A stretch of DNA of 64,000 nt, from NCBI RefSeq assembly GCF_009914755.1, contig NC_060928.1. The stretch is one strand, 5' to 3'. The DNA comes from the human T2T-CHM13v2.0 reference genome, Homo sapiens. Below, in pieces: positions 26,460 to 40,074 of this stretch. Positions within the stretch are counted from its first letter, which is position 1; every line of letters begins with the position of its first letter. The notes under the pieces were generated by a model. The model was given only the letters and a program-made list of their open reading frames with translations, ran no database searches and was not told where the DNA came from. Both the position numbers and the translations under genes were made by a program.

Positions 26460-26780
26460 CCATTATCCAAAGTGAAAGGACTTAGAAACAAAGTCAAATA
26501 CCACATGTTCTCATTTATAATTGGGAGCTAAACAATGGGAACATATGAGCATAGAGAGTGGAAGAGTAGACCCTGGAGACTCCAAAAGATAGTAGGGCGG
26601 CAGGGGACAGGGAGGTGTGTGTGGGGGGTGGGTGGTGATAGCTGCAAAATCACCTATTGGGTACAATGTTCACTATCTGGGTACACTAAAAGCCCAGAGT
26701 TTCCACTATGCTATATATGCATGTCAGATATCTGCACTTGTACCTCCTAAACATACAAAAATTTTTTAAAATTAAAAAAG
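26460..26780 (+). mobile_element. 5'-truncated L1 (L1PB3/4-like) 3' end
   Basis: catgttctcatttataattgggagctaaacaatggg...cctattgggtacaatgttcactat...ggtacactaaaagcccaga...ctgcacttgtacc plus an A-rich tail. Degenerate TSD taataaccttcctcagg (26443-26459) / taataatcatcttcagg (26781-26797). Confidence 0.9.
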
Positions 26781-27569
26781 TAATAATCATCTTCAGGGCA
26801 AATGTGAACTTGGTCACTGTGCTAAGTAAATGCTCATGTTAAATTTGAAACACTTTGTGAAAAGGTGTTTAGCTGTTTATTTTTTATATTTTTGCAAACA
26901 ATATTTAAACAGAGACAGGTATCCAATGATTTAAATTTACCAATATATTACAGTATTATTTATGCTAAAAAATTAGACACAAATTGATTTTCCAAGAATC
27001 TGAAAATGGTTCAATGACTTATGATACATCCTTATGATAGAATGTTATGAATGTTATGAAGAGGGAAGCCCATGTTCCCCAGTCCCCATGTTCTCACTGT
27101 CACTTTCCATCACTTTCACACTTGGCCTTGTAAGAGAGCCTTTGCCCTCCTCACTACCTGTACTCCTCAAGGTCAGAGGAGTTACTAAACTCATTGGTAC
27201 GAGTCTGATCTTCATCAGCTCACATTTTTCAGTAGTGTGGAATTCCTTTACCTCACAAGTGGTGACACAGTTTCAGCCTTTCAGCCTCTATTTCATTCTC
27301 TCTCCTTTCCTTGGGTCATGCTCTTTGGAGAACTGAAAGAAAGTTAGTGAGATTCTTCCCTGGGTCTTTTCTGCATGTAAATGCACACCTAGCTCAGGAT
27401 CCATGGATTACCTGCTTGCTGTTCAGAATATAGATCTTAAAAACCTGATAAGGCAATTTCTCTATATATAATTTTTCATTTTTCAAATTGTAGTTATTTG
27501 TGGATCTCTATTTTCCAAGTAACTTAAGAAACTTTACTGAGTTCCTCAAATGTCTAAATAGATATTAAC

Positions 27570-27920
27570 TAACCTTGCATTAAATTTATAGAAGAACATA
27601 GGTAGCATCATCTGTATAATGTAAACAACGTCTGTCTACAACCATGAGATGTCTTTCTATTTGTCTTTTATTAATGTAGTTTCCTCCAAGAAGATCTTAA
27701 GCTTTCTAAATAAAGTTAATACTTATATACCTTATAATTTTTGCTGTGTTTGTACATGATTTTTATTAATTATTTTTCTAGTTGCTTATTGCCAGTGCTG
27801 TATAATTTTGTAGGTTAATTTTATATCTGGCAGTATTTCTAAATGTTTTTATTAGTTCTTAAATGTTCTTGATTTTGTTTCTTTTTCTAGACAGTCATAT
27901 ACCATGTGTAAATAATCCAT
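27570..27920 (-). mobile_element. Ancient L1 ORF2 fragment
   Basis: ttgcattaaatttataga, ccatgagatgtctttctattt and gttgcttattgccagtg...ttaattttatatctggca are antisense L1M ORF2 phrases. Confidence 0.65.
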
Positions 27921-30900
27921 GACTTGCCTGCAACCTTAAAGAAAAGCAATATATAATTCACATTTTCTCCTACACTATCCTGGAAGTGAGGAACCTATGA
28001 TGTTTTGTAAAAGCAACTCTATCTTCCAACAGTTTATCAGAAGTCCTACATTTTGGGGAAAATAAGGGTGATAATATATGTCACAGTCCACCTAACTCCT
28101 TGGTTTTGCTATTAATTGATTAAAAGTCAACAATCAAAAAGGAAAAAGAAGAGGAAAAAATTAACTTGGTAGTAGAGAGAGCAGGCACATATTTCACGCA
28201 GAAGGAATTTTTCAAATATAAACTTAATCTGCCCCCTCTTTCCTATCATATCCTGTTCCAAAGCATACATAAAGTGAGTTGCCATAGAAGAATTTGAGGC
28301 ATCTCTCCCTCTCCTGGAAAGAAAGGGGGAAGAGGTTGAAAGCATTACTTTCTTTAATGAATGAATGGATTTTGCCAAAGCACCCAGCCTGAAAGCAGAC
28401 AGACAGTGCCTCACCACAAGAGGTCTTTCAGGACATGCGCGTGGAATTTCTTTGTAGTGTGGCTAAGCAGCTGGGCCATTCTGGGAGGACCAGGGGGAAA
28501 AGGGTAACACTGTGAGGTGAGCACAGTCCCATTCTGATCCCAAAGAGAAGTGCTATAATTCCTCTGTAACTATCCCTCCCCACCCTTCTACACCCCAGCC
28601 AGGGGGTTCTTATTTTCTACACACAGGAACACACACACATGCACACACACACATTCTTCAGAATCCAGATAAGGCACTGTGAGCTTGATGTTTGCCTTTC
28701 ACAACCAATTACAAGTCAAGAAATTAAAACAAGATACCTCTTTGAACATTGGTCTGTCACTATTGGTATGGTTTTGCTTATTGTTTCTATAGAGACACTA
28801 GATTTCAACCATCTGCCTTGACCTTGAACTTTTTAAAATTACATCTATTTTCACAATTTTTGGTATTCCAGCCTTAGCTTTGTTCTACTGTGGCTATGGG
28901 TTCTGGTCCCTGCTGGCTGTCTTCTTGGCTGATGTTGTACTTGATTTGGCTCCATGAATTTCTTCTAGCTTCTTACTCATCCAGTGGTTGAGGTCAAGGT
29001 TGAAGGACTCTCTACATCCACATTTCTGCCATATTCTCTGACTATTCAATCTGCTTTCTAACTTCCACGAATCAACTGACCTCGACATCAAGTGTAAGCA
29101 TGGAAGTAGGGGGGTAGTTTTCAAAATAGATTCATACTAAGTTAAAAAATTAACTATTCTCTCTAGTATGTGTATTCTAAAATGAAGATGAGACTGCTTT
29201 GGAGAGAGGAACTTTAATTAACGCCCCCTCTCCCTCCAGAAAGATTCTTATCGAATGCATCTTTTTAGGTGCAAAGAGAGAGACTCAACCATTAACTGAA
29301 TATGAGCCTCAAGAATGCTACAGGTCAGTTTTGAAAGATTTTTCAAATGAAAAGAAATATAATAATCTCTGTAAGTAATTTTCATTTTCTAGTTCAAATC
29401 TAATGATTTTTTTTACTTTAGAGTTGTACCAGTAGAAAATTAAGTAAGAAGAGTAGCATTGGAAATGGAGAAAAAAATTAGTATACTTTACTTTACCTAG
29501 AAAGAGAGTATTTCTAAGGATAACAAATCAAACCATTTCAGACTGATCACAAAGAAGAACCCCCAATATACTTCATGCTTAATTCTTTAGGATCTAAGTT
29601 TCAATTATGTAAGAATCATATAGAAAGGTTATCTGATTAACAAGACAGAGAAAAAAAAATTCCCATTCACTATCTTATTTCTTATCCACTGTCACAAATA
29701 TTATGTGATAGCTGATTCTTGCTAGTATAATTCTACTTAATCATTTTTATGAGAATTAGGTTGCCAAACTTCATCAAACAACTACTAAATATTGGAAAAA
29801 TACAGGCTTCACAGTCACATTTAATTTAGTATTCTACAAAAAGATTATGTAAAAACTGTATTTATACATGCAAAGCAAATGGAAGAAATGGGGACATATA
29901 TTTTCCTAGTAGTCTGTGGTGGCATCGACTTTAACCTTGGGATACCTGGAATAAAATGCCTTGTGATGGGAAGAATTGAGAAATTAACTCCAATTACTTT
30001 ATTTAGAATATACAATACCTATTTCACTTAAAATTAAAGCACATATATATTTTTGGTGTTGCACTTAAAAAACACAAAAGAAAAAGCTGAACATATTAGG
30101 AATTAAGAAACCTATTTATTTTTTAGAGGAGTTGTTGGAAATCACCTACAAATTTGGATCATGATCTAGGTTGAGTAACATTTCTACATCTAGATTACTG
30201 TTATCTGTGATTCTAATTTATGATAACCTGACAGGTTAACTGTGGCTAAGAGATCTCTTTTGCTCAGTGGAATCTTGCTAACTGACTGCCTTTTGGAGGC
30301 AGAAAGCTGAATTTGTTAATATGAATAACACACTGGGAGGCTATGAACATTCAAGACAGGGTAATGGGCCTCAAACTAATTTTTATCTTCTTGTCATCCT
30401 GGATAGATTCCCTAAGAGACAATAATGAAAAGTGCAGAGAAAAAATTCCTACCAGATGAGAATAGTAAATTGTGTTTTGTCAGCCAGCTTTGGACTTTGT
30501 CTCTCCTCTTCTAAGGAATCATACAAAGAATGTGTGAGCTGAGGAGTATGAGGCGACATTTTTCTGAAACTGATAATGAACACAGAGCCAAAACTGCAAC
30601 CCAAGGTCACAGATAATGGAAAATACACCATAGGCATTTTCATTGCCTTTATGTTTTTAATGATGTCCTCATTGTCTCTTATTGGGTTTTTGTTTTGTTT
30701 TCTTTTTACAGTTGCTTATGTTTCCTGCTCTTTGCCATTTGCTCTAAGGCTGCCACTAGCACTTCCATAAAATATCTTAATGGCCCCCCACAGGGCTTTG
30801 GTAGTGAAGGGTCTGCTAATGTTTCCATGATGACCCTGGTCTTGAAGATCTTTATATCACAGTCATCTTAATTTGCATTAGACCATGGGGAACATATCAC

Positions 30901-31679
30901 GTAGGTCAGTCTTGGAAGCACTGTTTTTGGTATGTGTGAAAAAATTTATAGCTTAAATTCCTCAGCAGTTATGTAGCGCTAGAGCACTGAATCTAGTTAC
31001 AGTAGCATTTGCTGGAGTTTTAGCTGAGTAACTTTCCATAAAAGTTAATTGGAATTACCTGAATGGAGCCTCAGGCAATGCTTTGAAAATAGAGACTAAC
31101 CTTGTAATTGCCTTGTTCTCCTTTCACCTTCTTCTCTTGCCTTAAATGGTAGTGCTGTAGTTGATTAGCTAGAATGTCATCTTATAGATGAAGGCAGAAT
31201 ACATAATAATTAAAAATAAACTGTACCTTGGTCTAATAAAGGACTCCAATATAAATACAAGACAAAGCAGGTGTTTTGAAATGTCAGGGTGACCTAGAGT
31301 GGTGATAATAGAAAGATGCAAATGCCCATGGCACGAGCCCCTAGGAACAGATACCATCCCAGCATGGTGGTCTCGCACTTGACTTGGACTCAAAGGAAAT
31401 TAGACACTACTTGGAAAAATATTCGCAGTCCATTCTCTTCTTATAAAATATAATAGCTGTTTCAAAAGTTTTATTTAAATCCCAATTTAAAGACTCAAGA
31501 AAAGAATAGAGAATACAAGGAAAAGGACCAGTAATACCCAAATTTATACATTGTTTGAATTTGGAAACATATTTTAGTATTTAATTATTTTTGAATCATC
31601 ACAACAATATTGTGATTTACTAATAAGATTCTTATTTTCAAGCTAAATAAAGAAATGTTCTTCTGGCAGCATGAACGTT

Positions 31680-31862
31680 GCATACAAAACTGGATTCAAA
31701 TCCTGCCCTATCATTTTCTAGGTGAGGGTTTGGGGGAAGTTACTAAATTTCTATGAACTTGCAAATAAACAATGTAGTGTCACCTTTACAGGACAGTTAC
31801 AGGGGGTAAATGAGATTTATGCCTAGCCTCACACAATCCTAGCACATAGAAGGCAGGTAGAA
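31680..31862 (+). mobile_element. MIR SINE
   Basis: ctggattcaaatcctgcc...gggaagttactaaatttctatgaac...cctagcacatagaaggca. Confidence 0.6.
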
Positions 31863-32454
31863 TGTTCTATCCTCTTGTTTTTTTTTTTCCTTTGAGAATA
31901 TGAGGGCTCACTTACCATCTCATAGATGGTTAATAGCAGAGATTAAATTTAAAAATGAGTGTTCTGACTTTTGGCCTGAATTTGTTACCTTTCATACCTT
32001 GTTGCTTATAATTAAAGATAATTTGTCAAATATTCACACATAATTTTGCTTTAATTTACTCATTTTCTAATCAAACAAGAAAGTATGGTAGCTGAAGAAT
32101 AATAATCCAGTACTAAGCATTATGGGAATAACAGATTAGGGAAATTTCTTTCCTTCCAAATGAATTTAAGAAAATTTAAGGAAATCAGAAAAATTACTAC
32201 TATCTTGCCAAAAGTCATGGAAAATAACATGTAGCATCTGCCACAAAGTCCCACAGAAAACAAAAATATAGGATGTGAAATGTGAAGTAAAGAGGGTCAA
32301 ACTATGTAGATAATAACAAATTTGACCTTTCCTTCTTAATATCTAAGTCACTCTCTAGTGAGTTAGTTATTTGATCGTATTACCCATTTTATTCACAGAA
32401 ATGCACCTCAGGATGTGTTCTAAAGAAAGTACTTCAGAAAATCCTCAATTTGTA

Positions 32455-32587
32455 GTATAGCCCGATGTCTTGGTTTGCCCAGAACAGTCTCTGTTTAGGT
32501 CTGTTATTCTGGTGTAATTTTTAATAGTTCCACCTTTTCACTCTCAAAGGTATCCATATTTGTATGATAAATTACATGGTCATTCTA
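32455..32587. mobile_element. MER94-like hAT-Blackjack MITE
   Basis: gtcttggtttgcccagaacagtc...cttttcactctcaaag...gataaattacatggtcattcta resembles the recalled MER94 consensus. Confidence 0.65.
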
Positions 32588-33189
32588 TTAATTAAGGATA
32601 CATGCTCCTGTCATGAGAATACGTAGGGTTCTGTCATAATTCTTAACCCAGTACCAGGCAGCATAGTTGCTTTGCCTATTGAGGTTCATTACTCCTTGTC
32701 ACAATCCAACTTCTAGAGATTGTGAAATAGGAAGTGAAGCTGAGATTGAATATCAGGTCTGGTACAAAAGAATGCATGGTTTATAGAAGCAGGAGGAAGA
32801 GCGTCACTGTAGGATACATCCACTACATCAAAATTAAAGCATTAAAAAGCATTAATATCTTAAAAGAGTTTCTAGTAAGGAAAGCTAAATAGTGAAGAGC
32901 AGAGTATCTGAACAGAGCATTCAGATGATGGAAGTCAACCACAAGTAGGACCCAGTTACATGTACTCAGAGGCTCAGGTTTGAAGTACATAAGCAATCGT
33001 TGATAAAATTGTCAACATTGTAAATAGCCACATCGCTTAGTCCTATGAACCATTTTGATTAAGGTTCTGGGAAACCTTCCTGTTAGATTGTGCCTGGGAA
33101 AATGTATCATGCATTTGTTTCAACGTAATTAATTGTTTGTCTTAGTTTCTTGGAGTAAATAGATGAACTCCTGTATACTAGTTGCATTA

Positions 33190-33267
33190 CTAGGTTGAAC
33201 CATATAAAATTGTTGCTTTCCAACCATTTGGACTTAAAAAAGTGGAATTCCACCTGGTTTAACTTAA
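33190..33267. mobile_element. MADE2 mariner-derived MITE
   Basis: About 80 bp with imperfect terminal inverted repeats taggttgaacca ... tggtttaactta, flanked by TA dinucleotides. Confidence 0.8.
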
Positions 33268-33373
33268 TATAACATTTAAAAGATAGGATAAGGAAGAGAG
33301 GGAGCTTAATTCAGCAGATTAAATGATCTTGAAGCATTACTGAGTGTGAGAGGAGTAGAAGACAGGGAGAAGT

Positions 33374-33500
33374 CACTCAACAAATGTTTACTGAGCGCCT
33401 ATTTCTACATGCCAAGGAGGTGTGCTGAGTGCTTAGGATCAAATTGGAACTAAAAGTATACACAGCCTCTTCTGTCTATCATGGCATAGTCTATTGGGAA
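33374..33500 (-). mobile_element. L2 3' end
   Basis: cactcaacaaatgtttactgagcgccta...tgccaagg...gtgctgagtgct. Confidence 0.6.
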
Positions 33501-35509
33501 CATAAATTAAGAATTCACCCTCTAGATATTTCTCTTGTTTTTAAAGACGAATTCTAATGAAGCAGCTGCTCTTCCTCCTTTTCTCTTATATTTAATACTT
33601 TCTTCCTCTTTTCCTTTCCAGCTTTTATTTAATTCCAAAATATTTTTGTACTAATTTCCACTCACATTTCTCGCTCCATCTGAAAGCCTAAGCTCATATT
33701 GCTCTAATAAACTTATTTTTCTATGGCTTGTATTAGTTACCTGCTTTGAGATCTGTGCCTTCTTCTCCCCAAAGCACCTAAGTTCTTTGAGGAAAGAATA
33801 TGGGAACTCTTAAATGTGATTAACGTGTCCTTGTACTCCTTGTATTCCTGGCCTTAAATGTTGCTCAATAAATTCTCATTGACGTAAATGGTAACCAGTG
33901 CATATTTGTGATGGCATCTGGACTATTGTCTGAGCCTCAGCGAATCCAATAATATAGATAAATATCGATATAACAATTGCTATTCACCACTTAGAAATGA
34001 AATATAGCCACTACACATTATATTTGAAGTCAGTTGAAATAATTTGCTTTTCTCATGTGTGTGGCCTTAGTTTCTTTACATCAATAAAATTATTTTTTAT
34101 TGCTTAAAATGAAAATAAAACAATTATCAATTTGACTCTTGGTGTTTGCCACTTTTTTATGCAATCATATGAGAAACACAAAATTTTACTAAATGGTATT
34201 AAACATAAGGAAACCTTTCATAAAAAGCTATAGCAACTTTAAGAAATGGTTTTTCTCTTGCTTCTTTTCCTGAGAAGAGACCTTGAATCCAGAACCTGAA
34301 GGTCACTCTTGGTTGTCCTAAGATGTCAGTGGAAATGAGGACAGCCAAGAAGCTGGACAGTCACCAAGAGATTTGCTAATGTACAATTTGTCTCGCTTCC
34401 TGCATTTTGCAATATTTTCATAACATTGTATCCACTTGAAGAACATAATAGATAATAACTAGCAATTTACCGCTTAAAACAAATGAAAACTGACCTATAT
34501 GTCTATATGGAGGAGGAGAGGGGAATTACACACACACAAACACACACACACATACACATTTCTTTGTATTTAGTTTAGAGTTTGCCATAATACTGATAGA
34601 TTCATTTATGCCTTTTTCTACCATAAATATATGGTACATATAATACATTATATATATATATATAATATGCGCATATTATATATGTTCAATATACTTATTT
34701 AGACAGCTTATTATTTAAACCAGTAATATTAATGAGCACATATATTGTCCTCTACAGTATTTCTAACAATCCTTTCAGAACATGCATTAAGTAATAATCT
34801 TTGGATATGTTAAATGTGCTTTATACAGAAATTCTCCAAAATAATTAGCATGGGGCTACTCCTAAGCCTAGGGAAACCAAAACCTAGACTTTAGAATTGA
34901 GGCGCAGAACACATTTAACAAAGTAGATTGCTTGCCCTTAGCAGAGTACCATCTGTGGTTCCTATGATAGATGGGTGGGTTGCACTAGAGGCTGAAGGCC
35001 AGCATGTGCTGTCAGGGAAAGGCCATGATAACTCAGGGTTTTACTCTGCTTCTTGCTGGTATTTAGGTGAAAGGTATCAAAGTGATTGACAAAGTAATCA
35101 TTTTGTTGCCTAAGAATAAGGAACTTAGCTCTAGTAATAAATTCTACTTTGGCATCTGGAGACCACTTTCTAAACAATTCTCTGTTTAAAGCACCAGATA
35201 GTGTGATTTTTAAAGGTGCTTCTCTGCTTCTCTGCTGTAAGATCAAGGTCAGAGGTAAATATGCGTGTCTGCTCTGCTCTTTGTCTCCCAGCATCAGGCC
35301 AGTACATGACCCATCGTACATTATCAATAATTGTTTGTGAGCTTAATTTAACTCAATGTGGAAAACGAGTCCGTCTTAATTTTCTTTATAACCTTAAATT
35401 AGAGCTTTCCATCTATTGAAGGAGGAAAGATCATAAATGAAGTGAAAGAAGAGCAAAGTGGGAGGAAATAAGATAATCAGATTTGCAATTATTTCAGTCT
35501 GAGCTAATA

Positions 35510-35690
35510 TTTGCTAAGTGTTATTATTAATGTTCCAGGCAATTTTCTGGGAAGGTAGGTACTCATCTAACCCATCTGACAGATGAAGAAATTGAGGCGC
35601 AGAAAGTTTAAGTGATTTGCCTAAGGTCACAACACAAGTGCCACGGCCAGGATTTGATCTAGGTAATATACAGAGCCTGCACCATTAACC
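35510..35690 (-). mobile_element. MIR SINE
   Basis: Core cccatctgacagatgaagaaattgaggcgcagaaagtttaagtgatttgcctaaggtcaca...ccaggatttga. Confidence 0.85.
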
Positions 35691-35969
35691 GAAAAGTTAG
35701 TTTCCTCCAGACTATTATGATATCAAGTTAGGTTATAAAAGCATCTAAGGGAAAGGAAAAAGTGTTTGAAGAAGGTTGACAAATTTTGCAACTTTATACA
35801 ACACTAAAAAAAAGTAAAGTCTAAGACTTCACAACAGTAATTCTGCCTTCAATACTGGGATTAATAGTAATTCTGCTTTACATGCTGGGAGTTAATCAAG
35901 TATAAAAAATTCAGCATGATAGGTGAGCTCTATATGGGTTACCACTTGACATAAGCACATAAGTGTATG

Positions 35970-36330
35970 CATTCAACAAACACACATTGAGCAGCTACCA
36001 TGTTCAAGGCAATGTGCTAATGATGTGGGCAGGAAGTACAAATTTTCAGACATGAAGGGCACCAAGAAGTGTATGAATAGCTGCAGTGCAAAAGAGCAGC
36101 ATAAGTAGCATGATTTGGAGAGGGAGAGAATTGTTCCCCCTGTGGGGAGCTGGACATTTGGAGATTGTGGGACTGCTTGCAGCAAACTGCTTGTAACAAG
36201 CAAGGAACATTCAAGAGAAATACCCAGTAGTATAGCTCAATTGGTGCATACAGTGCATGAAGCAGATGAAGGATTTACAAGATGCCAGCCCTGTTGATGA
36301 AGACCTGGAATGCCAAAGCAAGGTAAGGAG
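35970..36330 (-). mobile_element. L2 fragment
   Basis: Begins cattcaacaaacacacattgagcagctaccatgttcaaggcaatgtgcta. Confidence 0.6.
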
Positions 36331-36475
36331 AGGGTATGCATGTAGGTGGATGTGACCATCTTATCTTCTTATGCATTGTTTTTCTATCTTCCAGCCTCCT
36401 ATTAACCATTTTTTGGTCCAAATATAGTTGACTGTTACCTGTTGGTGTAAACACAAATACATCACAATTGTGATG

Positions 36476-36696
36476 GAAAGAACAAGGACTTTGACATGAG
36501 ATAGACCTGGGTAGGAATCCAGGTTCCATCTCTCTCTAGTGCTGAGATCTCAAAAAAATTATTTGATATCTCTGGATCTTGATTTCTTTATCTGTAAATT
36601 TAGCGTAATATTATATTAACCTGAGGAATTATTGTGAAGACTAAATAAACTCAAACCACGGTGTCTTGCTTCATAAGTATTACTGAATGTTCATTA
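36476..36696 (+). mobile_element. MIR SINE
   Basis: gaaagaacaaggactttg...agacctgggtaggaatccaggttcca...tttctttatctgtaaa...attattgtgaagactaaat. Confidence 0.8.
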
Positions 36697-38401
36697 TTTA
36701 CCTAACAGTATGACTATCATCCTGTAATGAATGGAAAGCTACTAAACATGTTTTAGGCAAGTGAGTAGGACAGTTGATAACTATATCTTGGTTTTGATTT
36801 CTATGTAGAGCAGAAAAGAGGCTTGATTTTTGACTTAAAGAATTCATCAATAGGTAGTGATATATAATATTTAGTAATCTACTTCTGTTGTTGTTGCTTA
36901 GATTTGTGGAACACAAGTCACTCTGCAATTACATTGCAAGTACCAAGAATTTAAGAGATTTGGTCTGATTCCTTCCCCTTGGGCATAGGCATAGTCAGGG
37001 ACTGCCAGTCTTCTGTGTATAAGAGTCACTGGGTTGTCTAGTTTTCTGTTACTCAACTACTGTCTTACACTTCTCTCCTGCTTCTTATTAATAAATAATA
37101 AATATGCTAATAGAAACTATGAAAACTAGTAGGGGCAAAATACCCTTGGGCTACCTTGTGGGGATTCTGCTGTGCCTATTATGGTTAACTGTGTCACGCA
37201 CACACATACATGGTCAGGGTAGATAGATGGCCACATCTGTCCTGATTATTACTAGTCTCCAGAATATCTAAAAAGATAAAAGAAAAGTAACTGCAGTCTC
37301 AACATGATGAGTCATTGCATGTTAGGGGTCAAGGAGAAAAAAATGGGGATGTGGGTGGTTGAGAAATGAGGACATGTGAATCTTACGGCAGAAGTACAAT
37401 TTTGTAGGCTATTGATATAATATCCATATACTGAACACCTACTTTCCTATTTCTTCCCTATATTTTTACTTCTAAGCATAACGAAAGATTTACCTCAGTG
37501 TCTTTCTTTCAGAGCTCAAGCCTCCAGAGATTTTAAGGATATATATTCCTTTTTATTTTCTTATGGTTTTAAGTTTCTAGAATTTTTTCTTCAGAATTGA
37601 ATGGAGAGAGCCACTTATCACTCCATGCTTTTAGCCTGTCCAAGTCCGTCTAAGCACTCTTTGTGAATGCCCCTTCAACACCCCAACTATCCCTATGTCA
37701 GCAGATTTTATCCTCTTAATGTAGATGCCCTCTTTTGGGTCATTGATGTATAAAGTGAACAAAAATCTGTCTTAATACTTATCCCTGTGGCAGCCCATTA
37801 GTTGGTCCTGACCAGTTACAATTCTCAATTCCCTTCGATCTTAGTTATTCGAACTACCTTCCCCCTCATTCAAATATCTTGTTCCTTCACACTTTAATTG
37901 CTGACCTTGTAAATCAGTTTTTTTTTGTATTCTATTATATTAAGAAATGTCTTAAATTCTGGGGAAATTTTATGTTCATTGCTTTTACTCCCTCTACAAA
38001 AATGCTTCACGACCCTTGTTCAAGAACATTTTATCAGTTTTATAATGCATACCTCTTTTATTGAATTAACATTATCTCTCTCTTTTAATACACTCATTTT
38101 TATATATACTCTTTCCTCTTTAGTTTTCCTTTTAGAAAAAATGATAATTTTTGTATATTTTACTTGCTATGTTTTAGTATACATAGCTCTATCATTTAAA
38201 AGATTTGTATATATTTTAAATATTTTCAATGTATATTGATTTCATATTTTAAAATGAAAATATATTTTATAGGTTAATGTTATTTACCTGAATTGGCTGA
38301 TAACCCATAGAAGTTAAACTGCTTTCTGAGAATCAAAAGTCATGGACTATATGGATGTTTTTGTCAGTGTGAGCCACTTCTAAAGGTTTACCTATCATCT
38401 G

Positions 38402-38920
38402 TGTATTAGCCAGGGTTCTCCAGAGAAACACCAACCATAGGATATACATAGATACACAAGAGAGGATTTATTATGGGACTTGGCTCACGTGATTATGGAA
38501 GCTGAGAAGTCCCACAATATGCCACCTGCAAACTGGAGAACCAGGAAAGTTGGTGTTTTAATTCAGTTTGAGCCCAAAGACCTAAAACTCTGGATGGGAT
38601 GGGTAGGGGTGAGGCTTCATGTAAGACCCGGAGTCCAGAGGCCCAACAACCTGGGGTTCTGCTGTCTGTGTGCATAAGAGAATGCATGTGCTCCAAAAAA
38701 GGAGGCAAACTCACTCTTCCTCAGCCATTTTGTTCCATTGGTACCTATGAGGAATTGAATTATGCCCACTCACATTTGTGAGAGCAGGTCTTTTTTACTC
38801 AGATTTAAATGCTAATCTCTTCCAGAAACACCCTCATACACACACCCAGCAATAACACTTTACCACCTCTCTGGGTATCCCTTAACCCAGTTAAGTTGAC
38901 ACATAAAATTAACCATCACA
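38402..38920 (-). mobile_element. MLT2B-like ERVL solo LTR
   Basis: tgtattagccagggttctccagagaaac ... aatgctaatctcttccagaaacaccctca ... aagttgacacataaaattaaccatcaca. Near-TSD atctg / atcta. Confidence 0.9.
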
Positions 38921-39942
38921 ATCTAATAACTGTAAATTGCCTGACTGACTAAGAAACATTGGCTAAATTTTATTATTGATGAGCTTGAAGCATTCACTTA
39001 TCTTTAAGGGATCATACTCTTCTTGGTGACTAAACCAAGCTTAGAAGTCCCTAGTAAAAATTTTTGACTTGAAAACTCTTTTTAGGTCTGAATATAGTTG
39101 ACTGCTACTTGTGGTGTTCCTGAATTACAGGGTCGACTGTTAAATGGTTTATTGATGTTCTGAGCATCAAGATAAAAAACTGATATCACAAAATTTATTT
39201 TTGACAATATTAATACAGAAACTCTGTACAGATTGTTCATGTGTATTATTTAATATATTACATAATCATCATCAACATGTAGATAACACAGATGACTTTA
39301 AGTTGGTTTAATAATGTACTGATTTTGATTGTAAGGACATAGAAATTTCAGTCAATTTTAGGTCACATATAGCTAATATCCGCCACAGGAAACATCATTA
39401 ATGCTGAGAAAGTGGAAAGTTTCCTCATCCTGATTGAATTTTTAAAAAATAACTACAATAAGATGGCTGAATAGGAACAGCTTCGGTCTGCAGCTCCCAA
39501 TGAGATTGATGCAGAAGGCAGTGATTTCTGCATTTCCACCTGAGGTACCTGGTTCATCTCATTGGGACTGGTTGGACACTGGGTGCAGCCCAAGGAGGGA
39601 GAGGTGAAGCAGGGTGGGGCGTTGCCTCACTGGAGATGTGCAAGGGGTCGTGGAACCCCCTCTCCTAGCCAAGGGAAGCCATTAGGGACTGTACCGTGCA
39701 CTCTGGCCCAGATACTGCACTTTCCCCAAGGTCTTTGCAACCCACAGACCAGGAGATTCCTTCCGGTGCCTATACCACCAGGGCCCTGGGTTTCCATCAC
39801 AAAACTGGGTGGCTCTTTGGGCAGACACTGAGATAGGTGCAGGAGTTTTTTTTCGTACCCCAGTGGTGCCTAGAATGCCAGCAAGACAGAACTGTTCACT
39901 CCCCTGCAAAGGGGGCTGAAGCCAGGGAGCCAAGTAGTCTGG

Positions 39943-40074
39943 CTAGGCTAATCCCATCCCCACGGAGCCCAGCAAGCTAAGATCTGCTGGCTTGAAATTC
40001 TCACTGCCAGCACAGCAGCAGTCTGAGCTCAACCTGGGACACTCGAGCTTGGTGAGGGGAGGGGCATCCGCCAT
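39943..40074 (-). CDS. L1 antisense ORF0-homologous frame (43 aa); expression unknown
   Basis: MADAPPLTKLECPRLSSDCCCAGS... aligns by eye with L1 ORF0 MAGAPPPASLPPCSLISDCCAS. ATG is in gcaATGg context. Confidence 0.4.
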   Translation of the reverse strand: MADAPPLTKLECPRLSSDCCCAGSENFKPADLSLLGSVGMGLA

